The position numbers and the translations under genes are program-made. A stretch of DNA of 64,000 bases from Azolla caroliniana. Taxonomy: Eukaryota; Plantae; Polypodiophyta. Where the stretch lies: assembly GCA_043228905.1 (NCBI GenBank), contig JBHGNT010000008.1, forward strand, positions 9,610,001 through 9,674,000. The letters are read 5' to 3'. The notes beneath the pieces were generated by a model. It was not told the origin of the DNA. It searched no databases and was given only the letters and a program-made list of their open reading frames with translations. Shown here in pieces: positions 13,576 to 25,200 of this stretch (its first letter is position 1; each line of letters starts with the position of its first letter).

Positions 13576-15628
13576 CGGAATGTATAGTTTTCTAAATGGC
13601 TTTAGCGGGTATAATCAGGTAAGAATGCATCCGGATGATCAAGAAAAGATAGCCTTTGTCACCGAATGGGGGGTATTTGTGGCGGTCGTAATGATGTTCG
13701 GGTTAAAAACAACCCCAAGCCACATTTCAAAGAGTCATACAAGAAATTTTTGTTAAATACATTCCATCATTCATGCAAGTTTTCTTGGATGATTTTGCTG
13801 TCTACAGTAAGAAGTCAGAACATTTCGAACAATTGCAATTGTGTTTAGAACGATGTCGGAAAGGTTGGCTTAGCTTGAATCCGGCAAAGTGCGCGTTCGG
13901 AGTTACAAGTGGAGCATTATTAGGACACATTGTCAGTCAAGAAGGAATTGCAGTTGACCCAGACAAGGTCAAAGTTGTATTAGATGCACAAGCACCAACC
14001 AACTCTAAGAGCCTTAGTCGATTTTTAGGGCAAATTAGATGGCATAGTAGAATGATTAGATATCTTGCTGATGTTGCCATTCCCTTACATATGGCGGTGC
14101 ATAAAACACCTTTCCAATGGACGAGTGTGGAGCAGGATGCCTACGACTGCCTAAGGAAGATGCTTTCTAGAGTTCCGGTTGTCCAACTACCTGATTGGAA
14201 CAAACTATTTCATGTGTTTGTCGATGCATCCGATGTAGCAATCGGAAGCGCACTAATGCAGTTATCCGAACCAAGCTGGTACAGACCAGTTTACTACGTT
14301 AGTCGGAAACTATCCACAATAGAAAGGAATTATTCGACAACTGAAAGGGAAGCTTTGGGAATGATTTATAGTATCAACAAATTTCGCCACTACCTTCTAG
14401 GGAAGAAATTTACATTCCATGTGGATTACTCTGCTTTACTATATTTGGTATCGAAACAAGAATTAACCGGCAAACTGGCACATTGGACGCTATTACTTCA
14501 GGAATTTGAATTCGACATTTTGCATAGGCCAGGAGTGCAACATGTTGTCAGAGATTACCTTAGCCGATTAAAGTCGAGAGAAGAGGGCACAAGAGTTAAA
14601 GATGATTTTCCGGATGGCCAACTCTTTTGAGTAGAGACGGTAAGAGTGTAGGAAATAAATGTGGAGATCGAGGATTCTTGGATTACAGAAATGACAATTT
14701 TTCTTATGACAAGGCTACCACCCGAGCATCTATCAGCAGACGAAAGAAAACGGTTCGCGGTTCGTGGTTTGTAGCCAGAATTTCTATTTTTTAAATGACA
14801 CCTTGTATCATAAAGGAGCTAATGGAATTTGGCGACGAGCAATACGACAATTTGAGAAAGAGGTAATTCTTCGAGAATATCATTGTGGTTTCGTGGGAGG
14901 GCACTACGCCAACAAAACTACTGCTTGGAAAATTTGGAACAATGGGTTATGGTGGCCGACAGTTATGAAGGATGCAGTCGAATACTGTCAAAAATGCGAT
15001 TTATGTCAGAGAATGGGACAACCTATTGAAACAGACAGGATGCCATTTCAACCCGTCTTGCCTTTGGAACCATTCCAAACATGGGGATTAGACTTTGTCA
15101 GCCCATTTAAACCAGCAACGATTCGAATATGGAATCGATACATCATAGTAGCCACTGATTACTGCAGTAAGTGGGTAGAGGCTAAACCTTTACGGGATAA
15201 CATGGCAACGTCAACAGCAAAATTTCTATACGAAAGTATATGGTGCCGATATGGGTGTCCAATTGAATTGGTAAGTGACCAAGGTACACATTTTATTAAT
15301 AAGATTGTACATGAATTATCTACATACTATGAAGTGGTTCATAAGAAAAGTACTCCTTATTACCCTCAAGCAAATGGACTAACGGAGTCGACAAATAAAA
15401 CGCTGCAAATGATACTCAAAAAATTAGTCAATGAAAATCGTACAGACTGGGATCAAAAACTAAATAGTGCCTTATGGGCATATAGGACTTCATATAAGAC
15501 TTCTATCAAATCGACTCCTTTTTGCATGACATTCGGTTTAGAAGCCATAATGCCAAAAGAGTTTCAAGTTCCGACACTCCAAATTCAAGCAACAGAAAGG
15601 TTAGATGAGCTACAGTCGGAACAAATTC
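13576..15628 (+). pseudogene. Element B RT, RNase H and integrase (3'-truncated)
   Basis: ORFs 13773..14630 and 14764..15963 (integrase homology ends at ~15628). Confidence 0.9.
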
Positions 15629-16622
15629 TGATTGTTTACCTTTTATTATCCGACTCCGGTGCTCCTGTGCCATTCTCTCGAACACCTCCTGTAATCTACG
15701 GGCCGACCACTCTACTAATTCATAAGAAGTGCCGAATTGTAGAATGGCGGCAAGTTCATGTGCAGTTGGAGGAATGTCGTAGAATGCAATTGCTTCCTGT
15801 ACCGTTGTTACCAACGACTTCCCTTTTTGGAGTCGGCAATCTGCGACGGCATGTTCCACTCCTAGCCTATGCAGAATGTCAAATTCAAATTCCTGAAGTA
15901 ATAGCGTCCAACGTGCCAGTTTGCCGGTTAATTCTTGTTTCGATACCAAATATAGTAAAGTAGAGTGATCCACATGGAATGTAAATTTCTTCCCCAGAAG
16001 GTAGTGTCGAAATTTGTTGATACTGTAATCATTCCCAAAGCTTCCCTTTCTGTTGTGGATAGTTTCCGACTAACGTAGTAAACTGGTTTGTACCAGCTTG
16101 GTTCGGATAACTGCATTAGTGCGCTTCTGATTGCTACATTGAATGCATCGACAACACGAAATGGTTTGTTCCAATCATGCGGTTGGACAACTAGAACTCT
16201 AGAAAGCATCTTCCTTAGGTAGTCGTAAGCATCCTGCTCCACACTCATCCATTGGAAAGGTGTTTTGTGCACCGCCGTCTGTAAGGAAATGGCAACATCA
16301 ACAAGATATCTTATCATTCTACTATGCCATCTAATTTTCCCTAAAAATTGACTAAGGCTCTTAGAGTTGGTTGGTGCTGGTGCATCTAATACAGCTTTGA
16401 CCTTGTCTAGGTCAACTGCAATTCCTTCTTGACTGACAATGCATCCTAATAATGCTTCACTTGTAACTCCGAACACGCACTTTGCCGGATTCAAGCTAAG
16501 TTGACCGTTCCGACATCGTTCAAAACACAATTGCAAATGTTCGAAATGTTCTGACTTCCTACTGTAGACAACAAAATCATCCAAGAAAACTTGCATGAAT
16601 GTTGGAATGTATTCAACAAAAA
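15629..16622 (-). repeat. Inverted segment in B: duplicate of RT-RH (~13748-14548) fused to a fragment of the third ORF
   Basis: ORFs 15928..16725 and 15506..15973 on the minus strand repeat the plus-strand RT/RH peptides; junction GVEHAVAD|CRLQ at ~15838. Confidence 0.85.
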
Positions 16623-17929
16623 GGAGCAGCAGGAGGTCGATCGGATCGAGTGACAGCTGAATGCGAAAAATAAGAGAGAAGCCATCTAGATGCCACCATT
16701 GCATGAGGCTCTGGTAGAGGTACATAGAGAATATGAAAAGGCAAGCCGAGCAGCCAAGGATATGGCTGATTTGTATAAAAAGGCAACGGCAGCGTCGGAA
16801 ATTTTAAATGCTCAATGCACAAATAAGCAAGCCAAAAACCAGTAGTTGTCCAAACAACTTCGACAGACAAAAGAAGAATTGCGGAAAACAAAGGAAGAAT
16901 TGTTGCAGCAGACTTCATCAAGGAGACCCTTAGAATCTGATCCAGACCTGCAACAAAAATTGCAACAGGCAGAAGCAGCACTCAAGGTGGTAGAACCTAG
17001 AGCTGAGAAAGACGAAACCCGATCAAAGAAAATAGAGGATCGGCTACAATTAGCAAAAACGGAAGTTGGAAAATGGCTAGACGCCAAGGATAATTTGATT
17101 CAAAGGTTGTGCCGACAGTTAGCACAACAACAGAAAACCTCGCACCAACATGCAGAACAGGTCGAAGAGCTCGAAGAGTATGTCAAGGTCTAGGAGGAAT
17201 ACTACGAGGAACAACTGGTGGAAAAGGAAACTCTACTCACTCAACTGAACGAGAAATATGCTCAAGAGCAAGAGGAATGGACCTCTGTGAAATCGAATTT
17301 AGAACAACGGTGTGCAAACCTGGAAGCCACTTCCGAACAACGACGACTCGACTTGTTGGTCGCTCAAGCACGTCTGTTGTTGGTGGAAGGTGCAACTAAT
17401 GCACAAATCATTGATTTACGGAAGGCATTGGTAGAAGCACAGTTCCGGATGAGTATAGGCGAGGAAAAAATACGCACAATATTGAAACGCCACAAACTTA
17501 ACACCTTGACAATAGTCACTGAGTCAATGGATAAGGGCTGGAAGACCTGGTCAACTTCAACGAGCCGACAGGGACAACCGGAAGGCACAAGGACAAGGTT
17601 TTTCGAAAAGGATGAAAGAAGCAATACCAACTATTCAAGAAGATATTGCTAAAGATTTGTACGATATGGCCGCTTGTCACCGCGAAGAAATTGGTCAACT
17701 CATGCAGGAACTCGATAAACATGATATCGACACAACTGTTCAGTTGGACACCTTTGAAGCCGAAAGATAAAGCCAAATTCTAGGGCTCGGCGCACCAGAG
17801 CCAGTTGCACCACCACCACCAGGACCATCAACCGAGGATACACAACAACCTGCAGATTCAGACGACGACGACAAGGAGAGCCAACAACACGAACCTTCCC
17901 TGTTTGATATTTTGCAGGACGACACGTAA
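16623..17929 (+). pseudogene. Third ORF of B (coiled coil, conserved helical domain, acidic tail), disrupted
   Basis: ORFs 16846..17193 and 17218..17652; ends EPSLFDILQDDT* at 17929. Confidence 0.75.
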
Positions 17930-18008
17930 GATGAATTGGATGAGGACATTCCTTCAGACAGCCTACATAGAAGGGTACCATGGATTCGCCGGGCAAGGCC
18001 CTGGTCCA

Positions 18009-18019
18009 TGGGCGTGCCA
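18009..18019 (+). promoter_or_regulatory. tRNA-3'-end-like sequence TGGGCGTGCCA in the PPT position of B (an inverted PBS)
   Basis: Ends 2 nt before the 3' LTR; reverse complement of the PBS at 3683; no purine tract present. Confidence 0.8.
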
Positions 18020-18021
18020 AG

Positions 18022-18510
18022 TGTTACCCAAACAAAGGGGCAGACAGACATAGTGGAGAAGCGTTGGAGTCGGAGGTTTGGAGTCAAAGTCAAAGTCGGA
18101 TCGAGGAAGAGGATTGATGAGTCATCATTTTGGCTAAATAATAGTTAATACCGAAAATTATAGTTAGTTACAAAGTTTTGTAGTTCTTGCCGATAGGGCA
18201 ATATGTATTTCTTGATGAGGAAGTAATTTAGGTTGCCTATAAAAAGGAACTGAAGGCACTATAAAATCTATGGTTTTACTTTTAGTAATATAACTTTGGT
18301 TATAGGAAATCTTGGTGTGCAGCTGTTTATTTTCTGTTTATCTATTTCCACCTTGCTAAAACTGTATTACGTAAGTAACGATCTCAATGTCTGTGTAACA
18401 TCGATAAGATTACATTAACTCAGTATCTATTCTCACAACAACAATTCTTTGATAGAACGTTCGAACTTTGTTGTGTGTCGGCGACAGAGTCTGTTTTCAG
18501 TCGAACAACA
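18022..18510 (+). repeat. 3' LTR of element B
   Basis: Direct repeat of 3155-3671, followed by TSD GTTCG. Confidence 0.92.
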
Positions 18511-18515
18511 GTTCG

Positions 18516-20955
18516 CTGTCAAAACTGCACTTCTCAAGTTTGGCATACAAACTGTATTTTCTTAAGCGTTCAAGTACTTTCCGGACATGTATATCATGCT
18601 CCTCCTATGTTTTAGAGTAAATAAACAGATCATTTGAATAGATTATGAGAAAGGTATCTAGAAAATCCCGGAAAATGTCATTTGCCATATGTTGGAAAAC
18701 TGCGGGTGCATTTGTGAGCCCAAAAGGCATGACTGTATACTCGAAACGACCATACCAAGTGCAAAATGCCATTTTCCACTCATCTCCCGATCGAATGCGA
18801 ACAAGATTATATGTACCCCTTAAATCAATCCTTGTAAAATGTTTTGCCCCACCAATGCGCTCTAAAAGACTGGAGATTAAAGGAAGAACATACCTATTTC
18901 TTATGGTAACTTTATTTAATCCCCGATAGTCCACGACCAAACGAAGCGATCCTTCCTTTTTCTTCACAAAAAATATAGGAGCACTGGCTGGAGATTTTGA
19001 ACGTCGAATAAACCCATGTGCAAGATGCTCCTCAATGTATTCTCGAAGAACCTCAAGCTCAATTGGCGATAGATTGTAGATCGGACCCCACAGTGGCTCT
19101 TTTCCTGGTTGGAGGTGAATGGGACAATCGTATGGCCGATGCTTTGGAAGTACACTAGCTTTGACTTTGTCGAAAACATCAACATATTCTTGATATTTTT
19201 CGGGAATTTGGATGTCTGGATTCCCCTGAGTCACACTAGAAGGTGTCACTGATATTCCAAATAAGAAAAGTTCCTCCTTTCCTCCCACTTGGAACAATTG
19301 TTGCAATGTGATGGTTGAGATTCGGAGAGAAGGAGATGGTGCACTAGTAGAACTATATTCTTTAAGGGAATAATCTTGGGTTCGATCCTTAGCAATGATG
19401 TTTTCTGTAGAAGGGCACCAAATTTCTTGCCTCCTCCAATCTATTCGTGGGTTATGTAGCTCGAACCATGGCAAACCAAGGATAATTGGATGCTCAGGGC
19501 AACGGATTATATTAAAGGAAACTACACATCCTAAATCGCCTAAGAGTATGTGTATTGGCTCTGACTCTTTGAATATCTTCCCGAACGCTATGGGACATCC
19601 ATCAATCACTACTACGGAAACTGGGCAAGGAAGTGTGTGCAGGGATATTTGATGTTCTTGGGCAAAATCTCTATCCATGAAACAAGAATTGGCTCCGGTA
19701 TCTAAGAGGGCTTGGACGTGAAGTTGGCAACTTGGTTTCCTAACTTGTACAGAGCTAAGGTTGTCCAACCAAATGGTTCCTATTTGGGCCGGACTTATTC
19801 GTTTGACTCCTCTTCTAATTGGCTTACGACTTCAAACTTATTGGACAAGGGTGGATTATTCATAATATTAGAATCACTAAGTGCTTCTAAAATGTTGGAC
19901 TCATTTTTATTGTCATAGTGAATTTGATTTACCTGACGTCTCGGCCTACGCGAGCAATGAATGGCTATATGTCTTGGACCTCCGCAATATAAGCACAGAC
20001 GGTTTGCTCAGCGTCGTTGCTTCTCTTCGTCCGACAATGGTCCTCGACGTTGGGTCATATCGATCTCCATGGGTGTCCGCCTATCCATTGGGGCTGGGCT
20101 ACGTGTTTGCCTTGGGGTTGGAGCAGGGCTATATGTTTGCCTTGGAGACGATTGCACCGTTACTGATGCATAAGTTGGTGTGTATCTTGATCTTGTTATT
20201 TTTTGTTGTCGCTCACATCGATGCTCAAAAAGACGATTATCACACCGTATTCCTCGACTAATAGCTTCTATAAGTGATTTTGGATCCTCAGGGAAGGTAA
20301 GAAGTAAGTCCTTCACATCACTACGAAGACCGGAATGAAATTTCTCCATTAGGGCTTGTTCATCCCAAGGAATATCGCTTGCGATGACATGAAAATTAGC
20401 TGCATATGTTGAGGCTGGTTGATCACCTTGACGTAGTGTACGAATCTTGTTGATTGCCTTTCTTACCCCATCTGTATCTCTGAAGCAAGCCTTAAATTCT
20501 TTGACAAACTCCTCGAATTATGCAGTAGAGGAGAATTTGTCTCTAGTAATGGAGCAAACCATGACAATGTTATGCCAGTCAATAAGGTGTCCACTAACCC
20601 GACTCGTGATGCATCTATCCGATAACGCGTGGGATGCATTTGGATTACCAACCGCACTTGATTCAAGAAACCTTGGAAATGCGCCCTTGAAACATTGAAT
20701 TTAGCTGGGAGACTGATTTTGGGCCTTAATACTTCCTTGACCTTCGACCCTTTGTTGTTGTAAAATTACGATTGTCGATTCTAATTGTTGCACCCGTCAC
20801 GTAAACTCTTCTTTTTGTTGTTTCTTCTCAATAGTAACCTTTTGTTGATCCCCAAGAAGACGTTGATTCTCTAATTCAAGAGATGCAAACTTGGATTTAA
20901 TATTCTCCATTTCTGCAACAAGGGTGAGATATTCTTCTGAGTTGATGGCAGCCAT
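18516..20955 (-). pseudogene. Element A gag and PR-RT
   Basis: ORF 18605..19768 (LLDTGANSCF, VDYRGLNKVT) and gag fragments 20008..20349 and 20463..20666. Confidence 0.9.
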
Positions 20956-20979
20956 GTTTCATGATGTTTATAGAGGATA

Positions 20980-21021
<42 letters not shown>

Positions 21022-21023
<2 letters not shown>

Positions 21024-21033
21024 TTCGAATCAA
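21022..21033 (-). promoter_or_regulatory. Self-priming PBS of element A (TTGATTCGAATT on the minus strand)
   Basis: 2 nt from the 5' LTR; perfectly complementary to LTR positions 21198-21187, which start 32 nt downstream of TATAAATA. Confidence 0.85.
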
Positions 21034-21035
21034 AC

Positions 21036-21476
21036 TGTCAGAACCAAGAGAAAAGATAGAGTGGTAGAAGAAAGATGTAAATAGATCACAAGAAGAGAGG
21101 AATAAAGTGATAAGACAAGAATGAATGTATTAGTAAGATAGAATGAATATGGATACAAGAAAGGTGATGAAAGCTTAAGATTGGTGTTGATTCGAATTGG
21201 TTTGAGAAGAATTGTATGCCCATATTTATAGGTTCATATAGAATAGCCTAGTGATTTCTATAATGTTCTAGACCTAGAATATTCTAAGATGTTCTAGGAT
21301 ATCCTAGAATGTTCTAGAATGTTCCAGAACATTTACAATAATCAATCTATTATAAGAAGTAGCTTTTATTATTTTATATAATCATATGCTATCCTAATGG
21401 TTAGGTTTTTTATTATGTATTACAAGGTCTTGGGTTCAAACCCAAGTGAAGCCATGATGCTTATGTATTCATGAAA
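21036..21476 (-). repeat. 5' LTR of element A
   Basis: Direct repeat of 402-852, followed by TSD GTATT. Confidence 0.95.
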
Positions 21477-22207
21477 GTATTTCACTTAGGATTCTGGGCT
21501 CTATATGTGTTCAACACTTGGTTACCGCATGGCAGCATGCGACTGCTTTTGGTAAATCTCTTTATCCTTAACTACATCCAAAACCATAAGGCAGTTTCAA
21601 GCTTCACAACATTCTTTAGCAAACCATTTTTTCCTAAGTTTCTTGGTGCATTTCCAAGATGTGTGGTTGGTTGAAAAACATTTGTTTGTGCAAGAGAGAA
21701 TGATTTTCTTGAAAGCTTCCCATTTTCATTCTAGTGTGGCATCATGTTGTATCTTTGTCATTTGTAACATATACTCAACCATCTTGGAATACATGGGCGC
21801 TCGCTTAAGGTTCATGCTCAAGTGCGGTTGTTTATTATCTTCAATAACCTTCTCACAATCAAACCTATGCATACATTTGAGATCAATACATCAAGTTCTA
21901 TGATCAGATTCCGGTGTCCATTTACCAAGTGAGAATTTATGTATATGATCCAAAATACCTTCGGAAAGTAGCACATAGTCAATCACACTATTTCCGTTGT
22001 GTTGAGTGTACATTATAGTTTCCTAAACCTTGAATCCTTTGAGTATCATGCTCCCATGTTTCAACAAGAAGTGTGATATCCGAGTCATCAGTGAACTCCT
22101 CTATGCCAAATCCTGCATTCCATGGGTATCCATTGCAATTCCAAAAGCATAGTCGTAAAAGGCGTGGGTTGGTCTCATAGGTCACGTGTCCTTATTTGCC
22201 TAAATTT

Positions 22208-25200
22208 TGTTGAGAAGCAAGCTCAACATGGTATGTGATGCTTATGAGAAATAAGCTATAGTAGCTATTTAGCTACTAGTGAACAAAAAGGTAAAACAGC
22301 TAATTAGCTAGTGAACAGCTATTTAGCGACTGACAGCTAATTAGCTACTGGCAGCTAATTAGCTGCATGTGTAATAACTTATGACTTAGGTAAAAGTAAG
22401 TGAGAGTGAATAGGAAGAAGTAGTAAGTAAGAAGACATACAGTGAGTAGAGAACTCTGAGAGAGAGTGAGAGACCAGAAGACTGACGAGAGCAAGTTGAG
22501 CTCTACATGTAATAGAAGAAAACCATTTTGCTACTACAGAGGTAAGTCCCCTTTCCTTTCTCTGTCTGTTTAGAGCACGCTAACGATCCAGCACACTACG
22601 ATCCGCCGCGCATACATAAGAAGAGCCCGAGTGCCTTCTTCACGTTTTCTTAACATGGTATCAGAGCAGAGTAGCTCGTAAGGAAGAGTATAGCAGTGCC
22701 TTAATCTGAGAAAGTTATTTCTCTGGTTGTTGATCAGAAATCAGAAAGTTACTTGTTGAAGTAACTAAAGCAAAACCCTGGTTTTTTGGAAGGAAAAAAA
22801 TGGCTGCAGAGAATGTAGGCCAAATGGTCACAGAGAAATTAGATAAAAACAATTTCCCGGCGTGGAAATTCAGAATGACAAACTTTCTGATGGGGAAAGG
22901 ATACTGGGATTACATTGAAGGAGACCTAGAAGAGGCTCCAGAGATCCCAGAAGAGAATGGAACAGCTGCACATATTAAGGCATTTAAAGATTGGAATCAA
23001 GGGGCAAGAAAAGTAATGCATTGGCTATCACTTAGCATCTCAGATTCAATGCTTGGGCATATACAAGATGCTATGCTCCCAAAAGAAGCTTGGGACAACT
23101 TGGTAAAACTGTTTCCTGTGAACACAAAGGCTAGAAAGCTCCAGTTAAAGACTGAGCTAAATACCTTGGAGAAAGGTAAGATGTCAATAAATGAATATGC
23201 CCTAAAAATCAAGAGTATATGTGAGTCACTTGCTTCTATCAATGTGAAGATAGAAGATGATGACAAAGTGGAAATATGCTTAAGAGGCTTAGGACCTCAA
23301 TACAAGAGTTTTAAAACTTCTATGCTCACAAGGGATAGTATCCCAAGTTTTTCAGATCTGGTCTCAATGCTTGTGGTAGAGGAAAGGAATCAGATGGATG
23401 ATGCAAATAAAGGAAACTCAGAGAACGAGGGGCAAGCCCTCTATAATAATGCCGGAAGAGGCCGAGGAAGAGGCCATGGAAGATTTGGCTCAGGAAGAAC
23501 CAATAATAATGGCTTTCAAGGAAGAGGACAACAAGCTCATAGAGGAGGAAACAACAACAGAGGCAGGGGGAGCAACCGAGGTAGAGGTAAGCAAACTTAT
23601 GTAAATGATGATGGCTGCTGGTATTGTGGTAAACCAGGCCATACACAGGCTGAATGTTACAAGAAACAAAATGATGAGAAAAGAGGAAAAGGACAACAGA
23701 GTAACTATGCCTCTACTAGTGAAGATTGTGAAAAGGAAGGTGTTTTTGTAGTGCAACATGAGATAGCAGCAGTGGCTGAAAGCTCACAGAAATGTAATGA
23801 AGAGTTTACGTGGTATGTAGACTCGGGGGCATCTAACCATATGACTGGACATGCAAATTGGTTTGAGAGTTTAAGAGAACCAGAGGTTCCTGGTTATGTA
23901 CAAACAGGTGATGACACAACTCACCAAATAAAACATGTTGGAGATATCCCATTGTGGGAAGAAAGAGGAAAAACCAAGTATATGTTGAATGTGATGCATG
24001 TTCCAAACCTTGCTAAGAATCTGATTTCTGTTGGACAGATTGTAGAGCAAGGTATGCAAGTGAAGTTTAAGCAAAGTGGATGCTATATAGAAAAGAATGG
24101 GAAGCTCATTGCAAAAGGGAAGAGACAAGGAAGAATGTTTATCTTGGATGTAGAAATGCCCAAACAGATTTCAGCCATGTTTGCAAATGGAACGAGTGTA
24201 ATCTCAGATGTGGAAATGTGGCATAAAAGGATTGGCCATATAAGTATGCAAACATTAAAGAATATGTTGAGAAAAGATGCAGTGGCTGGACTGCCAAACT
24301 TGAAAAAGTGTGAAATGGGAAAAGTATGTGAAGCATGTCAATATGGTAAGCAAAACAGGTTGCCATTCCCTCATGAGAGACATGTAAGCAAAAATCTGTT
24401 GGATTTGGTAAATACAGATGTATGGGGACCAACAAAGAATGCATCTATTGGTGGATGCAGATTTTATGTTACATTTATTGATGATTGTTCACGGAAGACA
24501 TGGGTGTACTTCATGAAGGAGAAAAGTGAAGTATTTGACTGTTTTCGTAAGTTTAAATGCATGGTAGAAAAGCAGGCTGGTACAAGGATAAAATGTTTGA
24601 GATCTGATGGAGGAGGAGAGTATTTCTCCAATGAATTTTCTGATTTTTTGTGTAATCAGGGAATAAGAAGACAGTTCACATGCCGATATACTCCACAGCA
24701 AAATGGAGTTGCTGAGAGGAAAAACAGAACTTTGGTGAACATAGCAAGGGCAATGATGACTGAGAAGAACATGCCATTATACTATTGGGCAGAAGCTGTA
24801 AATACAGCAAATTACATTTTAAATAGATGTATTACATCAGGAGTACATGAGGCAACTCCTGAAGAGTGTTTTTATGGCAGGAAGCCTAGCTTACAACACT
24901 TGAAAGTGTTTGGATGCCTTGCATATGTACATGTGCCTGCAGAAGTAAGAAGTAAGTTGGATCCAAAAGCAGAAAAATGTATCTTTGTTGGATATTCAGA
25001 AGAACAAAAAGGGTACAGATGTTATAACCCTGTGACTAAAAAGATTGTGACAAGTCGAGATGTGATATTTGATGAGTTGGCTAGTTGGTACAGCCCAAAA
25101 CAGAATCTAGAGACTGATGAAGACTGTCAAAATGAAGACAAAGACAGATCAGAAAATGTAGAAGACTGTCACAGAGATGGAGACAAGGTTGGACAGCAAA

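Larger units (their letters stand above)
3155..18510 (+). mobile_element. Element B: Athila-like non-chromovirus gypsy with third ORF, degenerate and internally rearranged, inserted in the RT of A
   Basis: LTRs at 3155-3671 and 18022-18510 (TGTTAC...AACA). TSD GTTCG at 3150-3154 and 18511-18515. The A frame LYAKLEKCSFDSEQVEFLG is restored across the insertion. Pol motifs VNYRKLNAATVTDAFPLP, DDFPDGQLF and KWVEAKPL; no extra archaeal-type RNase H seen. Confidence 0.93.
402..21476 (-). mobile_element. Element A: Ty3/gypsy chromovirus (Tcn1-like), degenerate, hosting nested B and C
   Basis: LTRs at 402-852 and 21036-21476 (~21 substitutions plus a 10-bp indel). 5-bp TSD GTATT at 397-401 and 21477-21481. 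PPT (rc of CTATCTCCCCTT) at 853-864. Minus-strand gag, PR (LLDTGA), RT, RH, INT and chromodomain. Confidence 0.95.

Noticed and set aside
18009-18019. A tRNA gene or SINE next to the LTR
   Set aside because: Only 11-17 nt of tRNA-like 3' end at these sites; no cloverleaf or A/B boxes.
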